64,000 nucleotides of DNA from Sarea resinae (lineage: Eukaryota), in assembly GCA_026026165.1 (NCBI GenBank), contig JAPEUD010000032.1:124001-188000 (forward strand), written 5' to 3'. Position numbers and translations under genes: made by a program. The notes beneath the pieces are model-generated. The model saw nothing but the letters and a program-made list of their open reading frames with translations. It had not been told where the DNA came from and did not search any database. The number at the start of each line of letters is the position of its first letter. Within the stretch, counting starts at the first letter, position 1. Below, in pieces: positions 37,401-50,150 of the stretch.

Positions 37401-39151
37401 AAGACATGGTCCCATTCCTGCCACATCCCAGCATCTCTCCCGCGTCTATCAGACTTGACTCTCAGGTAGGTAGGTAGGTATCCAGGGCTCCCGGCTTATC
37501 GACTGAGATACTTCATAGACGCCGGGAAAGTCGAATCCAGGATCAATTTGCCTTGCCCTTCCGTCTTCACATCCCCCCTCACCCCTTGGGTTCGCTTCGC
37601 TTGTCCTGTCCTGGCCTAATGACGGTTGTCGCGTGGGATGGACGCCCAGGGTACTAGGTACCTTTCACGGCGGTCTTCTTGCTCCTTACATGCGGTTCAT
37701 GCAGCGTGTTCTGAATCCAGCCTCACCTTCACTATTTGGTCGCTGGCTGGTGATACTCGACGAGTCCGGAGTGGCATTGGTGGTACTTGTGCCACCATAA
37801 GACGGGTGAGGTGGTCGACGAAGTTGCCATCCATGGATGCAAAGCACTGAACAGGTCGGTGGGCAGGTACTCTGGAGTAGAGAAGTCCAGATGTTCTTCT
37901 CTTGTATTCGCGTGTGTAAGAGGGAGAGATAGCAGCCGCGTCTTATCACGCCCACGGTCGGCTTGGCAGACCGCCACCCCATCCCACCCCATCCCATGCT
38001 ATCTCATACCATCCCGTACTGGTATTAGCATCCCCCTCGGAGAGGCCAGTGAGAGGCCACAGCGGAGTCGACTCGAGCCCGCGAAAACCCCCCGGAATTT
38101 CTTCCCATTCGGGCCTTTGTGCTCTCTGCATCATCGCCATCCTCGTCCTCTTCATCTTCAGCCATCACCGACCCATATCTCTCTGGCCACCTTCCCTCTC
38201 TGAGGCGTTGCTCGTCTCGAGTCCCTCTCCCCATACCCTCTTGATACCGTCCTCTCCTCTGCTCTCCCTTCACCCCTCATCCGCCTCCCAAGCAAGCCCC
38301 GTCTCGCCAAGCCCACAGCCAAGCGCCAATCAATCCTCTATCATCTTTTGTCATATCGGACTACTACATACCTAGTACTTCACTGACATTGGATTTCGCT
38401 GTTCGGTGCGGTCCCTCTCAGGTACCGACCTGCTTGACTCGTCGCCGTCGCCTTCGAGAGGTACCCGGAACTCGGGTCACTAAGGGACTCACTAGAGCTG
38501 GTGCGCACGCCCACGGTGCCTATCTTACCGCTGACGGGGACTACCGCTGGGCTGCCGAGTACCTGCGGGCTACCTGCCTCTATCGTATCGCCTTTGCCGC
38601 CCGAGTCTCCCTCGTCCCTCGTCGCTCGTTGCTCGTCGCTCGTCGAGTCGACGTAGTACTGCGTACCCTCGACTCCAGTACTCCCACCCTTGCCAGCCCT
38701 TCTTTGCTCCTCGCTCCCCCATCGCTCGCTCGTGTGCCCTTCCCGACCTGATCACCTACCTCCCCCCAAAGTCAAGTCGCCCATACACCAACCATCATTC
38801 ACTTCACCTACACCTCCTCTTCGCATCCTCCTCCTCCTCCTCCTCCGCCCATCTTGCCCCCCATCGCTGTCGAAACACAAGAGGCTCTCCTCCTCTTCAC
38901 CGTCTCCAACCCGCCTTTGCTTCGAGATATATTGCCCGCCCACCTCTTCACGTGGCTGCCCGAAACGAGACGCATTCGTGCGTCGTCAGTATCCGGGGAA
39001 AGTCCTTCGCAATGGTCCGAGCTCTTCATCTGTCCAACTCGACCTCGTCGCCCCCGTTCCATCTCGTCGAATTCTGAAAGTTTGCCGTCGCCTGCGCCGA
39101 GTAGATCTCACGCTCGCCCCTCTGCGGAGGTGGTAGAGTGTCCCGACGACA

Positions 39152-40894
39152 ATGATTCCGCGAAGCATCTACCAGAACCAACCTCCGCCGGCGCGCACCG
39201 CGCTCGAGGACAATCCGACGCTTCTCGTGAGTTGGTGGTGTACGGGCTTTGCGCTGGTGGTGATCCTGCTGCGGATGGGTGGCCGATATGTTCGGACGGA
39301 AAAACTGTTTCGCGAGGACAAGGTCATGGGACTGGCCATCATCCCGCTGCTGTTACGGATGGGCCTCGTGCATGTGGTCTTGCGGTTTGGAACGAACAAT
39401 GTGGATACCACCGGTCTGACGGCCGAGGACATACATAAACGGGATATTGGTTCTCGATTGGTGCTGCCAGCGAGAATCATGTACGCGGCCTTGTGAGTAT
39501 TGCAAAGTGGACAGAGGGTTTTCCCTTTCTGACATGTTCTAGTCTTTGGACCGCCAAATTCACCATCTCCGAATTCTTGAGACGCCTGACCGAATCACAA
39601 TGGAGAAGGACATACGAATTGGTCTTGCAATTCATTCGCTATGTCCTTTTCATCTCCTTTGTCGCCGTCGTCATATCTACTCTCGCTGAGTGCCATCCAT
39701 TCGACCACTACTGGCAAGTTGTGCCCGATCCCGGGCCCAAATGTAGGCAAGGCTATGCACAGCTCGTTACCATGGGCGCCACCGATATCATCACCGACTT
39801 TCTTCTCGTTCTTTTTCCAATTCCCATTGTCATTGCATCGGCAATGCCTCTGAAACGGTGAGTCGATTCTTTCGATTTGTTGGTGATGATACTGATTCAA
39901 AGCAGTAAAATATCGCTTGTTCTGCTCTTTGCCCTGTCGCTATTTCTCGTCGCCTGCACCAGCTACCGTGTACCGAGCATCATCGAGCGAAAAGGACGAC
40001 AACAATTCCGTACCCTGTGGGCGTCGCTCGAAATCTTGGCTTCTGCGGGCGTTTCGAATGCTTTGGTGATTGGGTCTTTTGTTCGTGATCGAGGCATCAA
40101 AAAGGCAAAGTATAAATTCGGCTCGACCAGCGAAAGCATGGATCGACCATCGACCCGGCGGGGAACGATGACTGCCCAGTACTGGGGCAGTGATGAAGAC
40201 CTCGTGCGAGATTTAGGGATTCGGTTAGGTCCCGAACTTCGCGATCTCGAAGCCGCACCACGTCCGGCCCCGATGGCGTTACCTCTGGCGTCGCAAGCAA
40301 AAGCCGTCACTCCCGCGGTCGGTCAATCTTGGCGATTTCCCAGTGGCAGTGAGACCGACAGCGATGATCTCAAGATACCCAACCTGGAGCCCTCCAGAAG
40401 TCCGGGTGACGCCTCGTCGATAAACAACTCGAAGAAGGTTTCATTCTTTGACGTCGGAGGCCTGCTCGAAACCGGTGATTCCCGCGACAGCACATCTTCC
40501 GCCCAAACCTTGACCGCCAATACCTTCGTTCCCGCCACCCAAGCACACGATTTCGCCTCACCCCGCAACCAAGGCTCGCGTGCCATCCTCCACGACATCG
40601 GCGGTCTTTTGTCGCCTCACGAACCTCGACGGGATCGAAGTCATTCGAGCCACTCGGGAGGAAGGTCTAACAGTAGACGCGCACATCGCCGAGGATCCCA
40701 CGACGAACACCGACCTCCTCTACCGACGGATGGCCCGAACGCTGAACCCCCCTCGGGAATCCCCAACATCACTCTCGCCCGGACAGACACCATTCAGTCC
40801 TTGCAAGACGTTGGGGGTCTGCTCAATCCCGAACAGCGAGAGCAGCTGGAGCAACACCAGCAGCAGCACCAACAACGGCAACAAGAGCAACAGC

Positions 40895-40928
<34 letters not shown>

Positions 40929-40992
40929 TCATCATCTTCATCATAATCACCACCACCATAATCACAACCACTCTCATCATCAGCATCAATAG
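39152..40992 (+). CDS. PTH11-like (fungal rhodopsin-domain) integral membrane protein / GPCR-like, no CFEM, poly-Q/poly-H tail; 3 exons
   Basis: Seven hydrophobic segments with LRMGGRYVR..EDKVM, RIMYAALLWTAKF, ECHPFDHYWQVVPDPGPKC, TDIITDFLLVLFPIP and WASLEI. Introns at ~39493-39542 and ~39858-39905. Confidence 0.85.
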
Positions 40993-41952
40993 TATAGACC
41001 TCGCGAACCTCTAGACATATGGTGCAGCGGAGCATCTCATGAGATGAGCTACGAATGATGAAAATACCTCTTTTCCTTTGGCGTTTCAGCGGCGCAACGA
41101 GCAAGGTCGGGCTTTCGGTCAATGGGGATCAGGTGCGCACCGGTCTTTGGGTGGATTGGGTTGGGGTTATCGTCTTGAGACCCACAGGAATTGCTGTGCA
41201 TTCCTTCTTATCACTTTGGATAGGCCGGGAGGTTTCTTATTGGTGTTGGTTGATTCAACGTGATGAACACGGACTAACAGCGTCTTGGACTTTTTTTCTT
41301 TTCAATTCCTTCTCCCCTACACCCCACATCTCGACATTTACCTCTCAAATACATCTCTGTCCAAATATTTGCTCATCTAACTGTAATATACATCGCGGCG
41401 TTTTTGATCCTCGTCCAACCTACGTCCTCTTTTTTATTGTTTCCACCGTGCATCGCCATCATGGCCATCATGTACCGTACGTCGTCGACGGCCCCACATA
41501 TTTGTTTATTCTGTCTGCCACCTTTTCTGCGCCTCCAAAGTCTTGGGACCGATCGTCCACACTTTTCTTTTTCCGTCTCGATTTTTTTATCTTCAAGCGT
41601 AAAAGAAGGCGGTTCTTCTAAGATAGAATGGAATTCGAGAAGCCGTTTGAGAGCATTTGACGGACCAGCTTTTCATCTGTGACGGGGACCCGAGTGATGC
41701 ATGCTAGATGATGGATGATGGGTGATGGGTGATGGGTGATCTTGAAACCCGAGTCGTTGCCATGGCTTTAACCCTCTCGACACCTTGAGGCTTGCGGCTT
41801 GCGGCTCGTGGCTTATAGCTTATAGCTTCCAGTCGTTCTAGGACGTGGTCACTTTGCCCTTTTAACCGTCTATCTCTACGGAGTTTGTCTTCCCATTCGA
41901 TCGAGTCAGTGCTTGATCGGATATCATGCAACCACGAAGCTTTACTCCTTCT

Positions 41953-41953
<1 letters not shown>

Positions 41954-42047
<94 letters not shown>

Positions 42048-42203
42048 TTCGGTCTGCTATGCATGTCTGTCTGCCAAGGTATGTACGCTGTAGGTATATA
42101 TGTATGTGTGTACGTACGTGTCTATTGTGCTACCTAAGGCCTAAGGTTTGCTATATATCTACTAGGAGTATATATAGATCGATCATCTTTCTATTTATCT
42201 CTC

Positions 42204-42237
<34 letters not shown>

Positions 42238-42245
42238 GCTACCTT
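41954..42245. repeat. (CT)n microsatellites
   Basis: About 43 CT units at 41954-42039 and a second array at ~42198-42237. Confidence 0.95.
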
Positions 42246-42434
42246 AGTTGGGTACAAACCATTTTATTATTTAATTACTCGGCTCTGCCTTCACTCTAAA
42301 GAGATAGATGGGATAGATAGATAGATAGGGGAAGAGGGCACGGGCATGGCTAGGCGCGTGATGGCTGGGCGCTGTGAGGAGAGGGAGGGCGGGGGTGTCC
42401 CGGGTTGCGTTGGCTGGCTGTCTAGGTGTTATGC

Positions 42435-42665
42435 TGACGGGCTGGCGGACGGGTGGGCTGGCGGACGGGTGGGCTGGCGGACTGGAGGGCGGGAGTGTAT
42501 GCTTAGGATTGGGATTAGATAGGTAAATAGGTAGATGGATGGATGGATAGGTAGGGCGGGACGGGGCTAGTCTAGTTAGAGAGCGTGTGTTTAGATATGT
42601 GTAGAGATGTGTAGAGACGCGTAGAGATGCGTAGAGATTTGTAGAGATGTGTAGATATATAGAGC
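42435..42665. repeat. Minisatellites: GACGGGTGGGCTGGCG (16-mer) and GTAGAGATGT (10-mer, ~6 copies)
   Basis: Direct sequence reading. Confidence 0.85.
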
Positions 42666-43697
42666 CAGAAGAGAAAGAGGGGGACTAGGGGGTTAAGAGG
42701 CAGAGACAGGAGAGAGACAGAGAGGTAAGGGGTAAGGAGTGTGCATCTAGTATACTAAGCAACATCTAGATATAGGAATGACAGGTTGAATATCATAGCT
42801 AACTAAAGCTTTACTCTTAGTCTAATGTGTTCTGCTACCTGCCATTCTACTACCGTTTCTTCTACTATCTGTTCTACCTTTCTATCTACTATTAACACCT
42901 ACCACCACCACTGCGACCGCAACCACACCCCCTTTACACTTAAAACCACAATCACAATTACAATCACCCTTACAAGTGTAATGTAGATCTGATCCCATTA
43001 TATTCTAGTCTAGCTAATCAGTTCTAGGTTTTCTAGCACGTTGCAGACGTTGCTGCTCTAAGGTAAGTAGTCGAATCGTTTTGCTTAGGGCGTGTGTTTC
43101 CACGGTGCGATTAGGAGGGAGAGGAGCGAGAGAGAAGGGGGGGTAAGGGGGACGAAGATCCTTAAGAGATAGATAGGACATAGAAATCTCTTTTTTCTCT
43201 CTTCATCTTCCTTTTAGACTTTTGACCCTGAATTAGTTAAGGATTTCCTTTCTGCTCGAGCCCTCTAGCAGTGATTGTGAAAGACTCAATCAAAGTAAAC
43301 AAAGAAAGAGACTATAACCAGAGTGACTAAGTAGGTAGGTAATTGATTGACCTGTATAAATCACCTTACCAAGTCACTGGAACTGTAACTACCTACGAGT
43401 AAAGGTAGTTGGAAGGTAGCTGGTGTAGAGCACACCAAAACACCCAGCATGACGTCAGTCCCGTCTTGTCCGCCTCGCTCGCTCACCTCGGCCCCCCCAA
43501 ATGCCCTAAGAAAAACGCCCCACCACCACTCCCACTCCCACTCCCACTAGACCAAAAAGTAACACTACAGAAGCCCCGCCATACCACCAAACCTCGGGCT
43601 ACTATCTATACATACCTTTTACAACCAACCAACCCTTCCTTGAATCCTTCCCCCACCCACCACCCCCTCGGAGGTGGAGGTGAAAAAAAAGAAAAAC

Positions 43698-43800
43698 TTC
43701 GGATACCGGGAATCGAACCCGGATCGTGTGAGGACCACGTCGCACAGCCTAGAGAAGGGAGATTGAGAGTCACACATGCTAGCCTTTACACCATATCCGA
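43698..43800 (-). tRNA. tRNA-Glu (anticodon CTC) with 31-nt intron
   Basis: Minus strand TCGGATA TG GTGT AAAGGCTA GCAT G TGTGA CT-CTC-A [31 nt] C TCACA CGAT CCGGG TTCGATT CCCGG TATCCGA A gives a 72-nt mature cloverleaf, followed by a T-run Pol III terminator. Confidence 0.95.
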
Positions 43801-45371
43801 TTGTTCGAACATCCTTTTTTTAAGGCACTGGTTGAGAGATTCGGTCCGGGAGGGGGTATATATAGGGTAAGTTGGGGTTAGTTTGTGAGTTGGGTGGGTG
43901 GATAGGTAGATGGGTAGGCAGGGGAAGAGGTTGGCGGGCTGATTCTTTTGATGCTGGTTTAGGTTGGCTTTGTCGCTGCGGATAGTATTGTGATGCGGGT
44001 GATTTTGGGAGTCAGAGGTCACTATATTACCTACTTACCGTGTGTGGTACGGTAAATAGGCAGACCTGTTCCTACGTGAGCCATCCCAAAAGACCTACTA
44101 TAACCCGGCTCGTCTGGGTTCCGCCTATTTGCCTACGAGATAGCGCAGCGCTCCTCACATCGTGATAGAGAGAGAGAGAAAAGGAAGAGAGAGGAGGAAA
44201 ACAGTAGAGAACCTTAAATTGACCGCAGTATATGCCGTGCAGGATATATTTAATTAGCTATCCATCTATGTATCGGCCTACCTCTCCCCTTCCACCCACC
44301 CCTTTATACTGTCATAAAGCCAACCACAAGGTGATTCCGCAACCGCAACCGCAGGTACACGAGACCAGCAGCTGGAGGTGGACTTTTCCAGGACTTGCCT
44401 GTACGAAAAGGGCGCGTGTGTAGGTAGAGTCTCGATAGAGCTTGCCGCTGCTTGAGCAGTACGAATGCGGCTTGTGGTGATGCAACCTGATACAATGCGA
44501 TGCGATGCGATGTGCTCAAGCGGTTACGTAGCAGGTTTATACTATAGCACTAGGTATATCTAGATCTTTATTTAATCAACTACCTACCTACATACTCACT
44601 ACCTACCATACCGATCGACCGACCGACCGACAGACAAACTGATAAACAGCATAATGATTGTTAGGATTGATTGACATTGTGAAGAGGATAGTGATAGGAT
44701 TATGTCCTAGAGTTAGAGAGAAGGCAGGGGGGAGAAACAGAAAGGGGGGAGGAGAGAGGAAAGGCGAAGAGAGAAAAGAAGAGAGAAGTGCGAAAGGGAG
44801 GGAGAAGTGAGAAAGGGAGAGGAAAAGAGAACAAGAGAGAAACACAGAGACACAGAGAAAGGGAAAGGGTTCAGTGTGCGTGCAAGAGTCATCAGATGAA
44901 AAAACTCTGACGGTTTTGATTTTCAATTTTCAATTTTCAATTTCTGATAAATTTTCATTTTTGGAAACTCGTATTCATTGGCCATTTTCTGAGAATTAAG
45001 TTAGTCGTCGAGTCGAGTCCTGATCCTGAAACCTGACATGTCCACCTGATTCATATCTAAGGGTAGCAAACATTTGTAACGAGAAAGAGAAGAAAAAAAG
45101 CCATGGCGACGTGACATGAGTATCGTATCGTGAGGCTTGGAAATGATAATAGAGGGCGGTTGGTATAAAGCACAGCACAGCGCCAGAAATTGCGAGCACT
45201 TAGAGAGGTAGCCAACGTAGAACTGTGCCCAGATGATCATTGGCCCCCTTCGTTCTTTATGACATCCACCCTTCATTCTTAATAACATCCTCCTTTCATC
45301 CTTTTCCTTAAAATCCAGCCATAAGCGCCAACACCGAAAGAGAAAATCATCCTTCTTTTCCACCATCCACT

Positions 45372-46055
45372 TCACCTCCTCCTTCCACTCGAACGGCGCC
45401 CGTGGCCGTACACATCCTCCATCGGCATGTCACCGCCGGCATACATATCGGGATCTACGGGCCTAAAGCCGGAATCGCGCCGATGACTCCTGACTCTCCT
45501 CGGCGGCGGCGGGGTCTCGGCCTCCTCGATGACCTCGATGACCTCGTCGCGCGGCTCGGGCGGCGGTGGTGCCGGCGCGGGCGGAGGCTCGCGTCGGTCT
45601 TCGATGATGATGCGCTCGGTGCGCTCGGAGCGAGGCCGCGGCGACCGGCTCACGCGCGACGCCGTCCGCACTTCGGTCATGTCTTGGCGACGGGAGCGGG
45701 TCGAGCGCGTGCGGGGCGACCGGCGCGAGATGGTTTCGACTTGGTCGACCGACACGTTGGAGCCGCGCGCGTTGAAGGCGAGCGACAGCAGCCAGACGAG
45801 GAAGAGGAAGCCGGCGACGCTGCCGAGGATGATGCCGACGACGGTGCCGGGCGTGGGACCGGCATTGAGGCCGGCGTAGGTGGCTGGGATGGCGACGATG
45901 TTTTGCCGTTTGCCCAGCAGATGCGATGAGAGGCTGGAAGAGTCTTCGGGTTGCGATCGCGACGAGAGATGCAACGAGAGTCGTCGAGCGGGCACGGCGG
46001 CGACGTTGGTGATGAAGCGGCGAAAGGGCCGAGTCTTCAGTGTGATGGGAGCCAT
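45372..46055 (-). CDS. Fungal single-pass membrane protein of unknown function
   Basis: LLGKRQ (Kex2-like KR), IPATYAGLNAGPTPGTVVGIILGSVAGFLFLVWLL transmembrane helix, then an Arg/Ser/Pro-rich cytoplasmic tail with EVIEVIEE and SGFRPVDPDMYAGG; high GC3. Confidence 0.8.
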   Translation of the reverse strand: MAPITLKTRPFRRFITNVAAVPARRLSLHLSSRSQPEDSSSLSSHLLGKRQNIVAIPATYAGLNAGPTPGTVVGIILGSVAGFLFLVWLLSLAFNARGSNVSVDQVETISRRSPRTRSTRSRRQDMTEVRTASRVSRSPRPRSERTERIIIEDRREPPPAPAPPPPEPRDEVIEVIEEAETPPPPRRVRSHRRDSGFRPVDPDMYAGGDMPMEDVYGHGRRSSGRRR

Positions 46056-47608
46056 GGTGTTGTTGACTTGAGGATGAGAGGATGTGCGAGGCTGAGAGAC
46101 GGTGGCTGCAAAGAGTTCTGCTCGACAATGAGCTGCAGCGAACTTGGTTGACGTGCTGGCTCAGCGAGATGCGGTCGAAGATGGCACGGCAGTCGGGTCA
46201 AACGAGCGACATGAAGCGATCAACTTGACCGGCGGAGTGTGAGGGTGAGATGGAGAGAAGAGAAAGAGAAAGAGGATGGATGGATGGGTGGATAGAAGTA
46301 AGTCACCGCACCGCAAGAAACAGCGTGGATGGCCGATCATGGATCTTCGCGAGGGCACCAGCCAACCATATATGATGGTTCGGTGATGGATGGATCGATA
46401 TTGACGCAATGATGGGGATGGGCATGGATGGCCTCGCTCCAGCTGTTCGTGCCCCGAGTCTCCCGCCCTCGCGCACCCCGGACCCTGCGACGGACAGTCT
46501 GCTCTCTTGTTCCTGTAGGTGGGCATCCGCGATTTGCTCCTGTGCATCCAATAACATGGCACGCCGCACGAAGCTATCACGACGTCCGTGGCTGGGAGAT
46601 GAATTGGCCGCTCTGACGGGGCGAGGTGGCTGGTCGGTCAACGTCGACTAGGGCTCAGCTAAGGGGTCGACGCCGGCCATCGAGGGGCAGACAAGAGACA
46701 ACAAGGAGTAGAGTACGCAGTACGATACGCAGTAGGCCAGTCTCGGGTTGGCTGCGTGTGTTTTGTCAGTGTCCGACTCCCCTGGTACACACAATACACG
46801 CACTATCGATAAAGAAGGAGGCGGAGGAAGCGAATCAGGGACCCATGGACGACAAGTCGCTCGTGTCGGCACCGAAGGACTTCTTCAGCGATGACTAAGC
46901 GAGCATCCATGGCCCGGCACCAGCCACCAGCCACCTTCTTTCTTGTGCCCTAATACTACCTGGTCCTGACTGCTCGTCCTTGACCGCGGTCGCCATCCTC
47001 TACAGTCATCTATCTCGGCGGGTAGCGGAGGGTCGTAGCCTGCGCCTCGACCGTGCCCTCGAGCAGCATATGGATGTCTAATAGTAGACCGCAAAAGGTG
47101 GCTGACGCGGCTAAGCGGGCTTAGAGCTTTAGTATTCGTAGAGGCTTCGTATCTTCGTCGTAGTCCGAGTAGTGGTACTCGTTGTGCTGCGTAGACCGGC
47201 GGTAAGGTGAGAGGCACTCGGTACCGCACCTCACTCTCGACGCTTCTGGCAGTGTCGTCGATGCTTCGGTGCTATCGTTAATAAAAGATCCAGCATCCAC
47301 GGACATCCCAGACACTCATCCATCCCCCACTCATTTCCCATCTTCCAATCCCACCATCACTCGTCACAGGATTGACTGCCCTCTCCCTCAAGCCATACTC
47401 TCTTATCCATAAACCGTAGACGCACGCACGCATCCTGAAGGGATATCGACGGACGACAACGCCACCGCGGATTGGTATCGCTTCGCATCGCATCGCATCG
47501 CATCGCATCGTATCTGTTGCACATAGATAGAGATCTCGGTATCACCGTACATCAACCCCAGCAAGCAGGCCGAGGCAGAGAGGCAGCCATCCATCAACGA
47601 CCGTAGAC

Positions 47609-48132
47609 ATGTCCAAATACGTCCGTCTCCCCCCCACCCCTCCTCTCTCTCTTCTTTCCCTCTCTCTCCCACCTCTCCCCTCTCCCTCTACCAAGACAAG
47701 ACAACACGACACGACACTGACAAGCACCGCCCTCAACAGGACCCGCCGCAAGGCCCACCGCCCAACTACGCCGCCCACCCGCAACAATCCGGCCACACGC
47801 CCGCCGACGGCAGCGGGCCCGCCTACCCGTACCCCTCGTCGCCGCAGCCCGTCTACCAGCAGCAGCAGCAGCCACCATACCAGACCTACGGCTCTCCGCC
47901 ACCGCAGGGCGGATACTATGGCCCGCCGCCGCCGGGGCAGGGAGGGTACTATGGCCCGCCTCAGGGGCAGGCCGGCATGTACTATCAGCCCGGCATGATG
48001 CCACCACAGCAGCAGCAGCAGCAGGGCGGGTACTATGCCCAGCAGAGGAGTGGGGGCGGCGAGGGCGTTTGCGCCGGTCTCTTGGCCGCGCTGACCTGCT
48101 GCTGTTGTCTGGACATGTGTTTCTTGTTCTAG
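47609..48132 (+). CDS. CYSTM (cysteine-rich transmembrane module) Pro/Gln/Gly/Tyr-rich protein; 2 exons (missed by the ORF track)
   Basis: MSKY, intron 47621-47739 (GTCCGT..CTGAC..CAG), then DPPQGPPPNY..YYGPPPPGQGGYYGPPQG..GGEGVCAGLLAALTCCCCLDMCFLF*, a canonical CYSTM C-terminus. Confidence 0.9.
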
Positions 48133-49182
48133 TGTGGTGTGTGTGTGTGCGTTTGGGGGCAAGAGGACCAAGAAGCGGCAGAGGAGAAGGATAGCAAGAG
48201 GAGAATAGGACGAGTGGGCGGTCTCAATAATAATCACCCCTCCGCTCCGAATTCGACGATACCCGGAGCCGTCATTGTGGCATGGCATCTCCGGGCTCTC
48301 AATGGCTCCGAGGCTGTGGCGTCTGGTCTGCTTGGATTCGACTTCCGTCTCATCCCAGTGTTTTCATCTTCCTCTCTCTTTACGCTCGGGCTCTCCATCC
48401 GAATCACTCCAAAGGGACACGGCGAACTACGGCGCAAGGTTTCCCTTCTCTCTCTTCTTTTTTTTTGTCAACTTGGTAGTGAGATCTACTCTGCATGATT
48501 TCTTCCTTCCTTTCTCTCTTTTCTACGGTCTTCTCTTCTCTTGCCAGGGTCTTGGTCTCTGACTTCGCATTGAGATTGCCATCTATCTAATATCTAGCTG
48601 GACCTGCGGGAGATAACTGTAGAAAGCAAAACGAACGACTGGATCAGGGAGATGGTTGTAATTATTGATGAACAAAATCATTCACAATTCACACGTCTGG
48701 TCTGATCTTGATGGTTCTCGTATCAGTGACGGCATAATCGCCGCGTTTGATATACTCAATTGCTATGACGAAGGAGCGCAAGCCGGTGTCTGTATCGTGC
48801 CGCCACTTACCTCTAACGTGTGCGCGCTGGTGAAGACAGTCAGACGTGGACGAGCTCGAACGACGGCGAGAAAAAGAGATGCTGAGAGAGTGGGGAGTCG
48901 GGAGAGAAGGATTGGACTCTCGCCGAACTGAGAAAGTAGAGATGGTGAAAGGAGTGAGTGAGTGGTTGAGGAGTCTTGAGAGAAGATGTCAAATATGGTA
49001 GATATGAAAAGATGGTGATAGAGTGAAAGAGTGAGAGTAGTCTCGAGAGACGGGTTGAGACTCGTTTTAGAAGAGGAGATTGAGGGAGAGTGAGTGGACA
49101 CGAAGCAGACGGCATGAAGCAGACGGCATTGCGCCTGAAACGTAGACAAAGGGACGTGCAATCCAATCCACGTAGTCCGTCT

Positions 49183-50150
49183 TCATCCGATGATGATGGA
49201 TGATGGATCGAGTTTTTTGTGCGCGCTGCGGATGTGCCGCATTCCGTTATCCTTTCTGTTCCACCCGCCTGGTTCTTCCCCCTTGGCAAAATTGCACAGG
49301 GGATCCGGACAGAAGAAGCGCGAGCGGGGGCGGGATCGATGCCTGCGGTTCTCGTGTCGTTTTGGAGCTTGTCTCTCGCGCGACAATTTGGGCGTCTCGG
49401 CGCGTTTCTCGCGTTCGTGCTTGTCGACGCAGTCCATTTTGGGAGCCCTGGAGGTGATGGTCAGATCTTGAGCGCGGTTGGCGGCGATTCCTAGAGAAAC
49501 GGAACGACGCACCCTTTTCTTCGAGGTTGGGATTTCGCACCCGTCGGAGGACCGTCGATGCTGACGGTACCTCGAGCAGATGCTGCCTGCGACGTGACAT
49601 CTTGGGTCATAGACTCATATGCTGAGCTAGACGGACTTGTATAAAAGCTGGCATCCGAAGAGAGACCTGGCGGATAGACGGGATGCGAGGAACCGTCACC
49701 CGGAGAGGTTTCGGGAACTATGTCGGATGCATCTGAATCCCCGAGCCAGGTGACCGGGCGGAAAAGGGGATGCAGTGGCTCTTGGAAGTCGTTGCCCGCG
49801 TTTCCATCAGCTGTTTCGAAATGCGAATTCCAGAATCCTAGGTCACCAAAAGTCAAAGGCAAAGAGGGCGCCAAGGCAGCCAGGGCGTTCCCTGCTGAGG
49901 TGTTAGCATCTCTATAGCACAATCCGAGTAAAGAGACTTCCCAGTACCTTCTAGCAGCTGAGAGGGGGCAAACAATTCGACTTGGCCGGATTGACTCGTG
50001 CTTTGCAGTCCTGCCAACGGGCTCGAGGACTCCGTCTCGTTCAGGAAATCTTCAAAGGAAAAGCCATGATCCGAGGCGGTCGAACAGGGTTCTATTAGTC
50101 GCGGAGCAAAAGGACTCTTATTTGTATGTAGGTGAGAGTGTAGAGGCGTT
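49183..50150 (-). CDS. C2H2 zinc-finger protein A (finger 1 degenerate, finger 2 intact); paralog of 55844-56773; 5' end unresolved, possibly a pseudogene
   Basis: Introns 49895-49947 (phase 1) and 49448-49512 (phase 2). C-terminus FFCPDPLCNFAKGEEPGGWNRKDNGMRHIRSAH. No in-frame ATG in the open frame 49948-50509. Confidence 0.65.

Noticed and set aside
34900..39150. Short ORFs upstream of the PTH11-like gene
   Set aside because: Low-complexity with no homology cues; treated as regulatory or UTR DNA, though uORFs cannot be excluded.
46650..47315. Possible small spliced gene on the minus strand (HNEYHYSDYDEDTKPL)
   Set aside because: Could not build an open spliced model or recognise a family.
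47542..48288. 248-aa minus-strand ORF and 129-aa plus-strand ORF
   Set aside because: Antisense and out-of-frame shadows of the spliced CYSTM gene.
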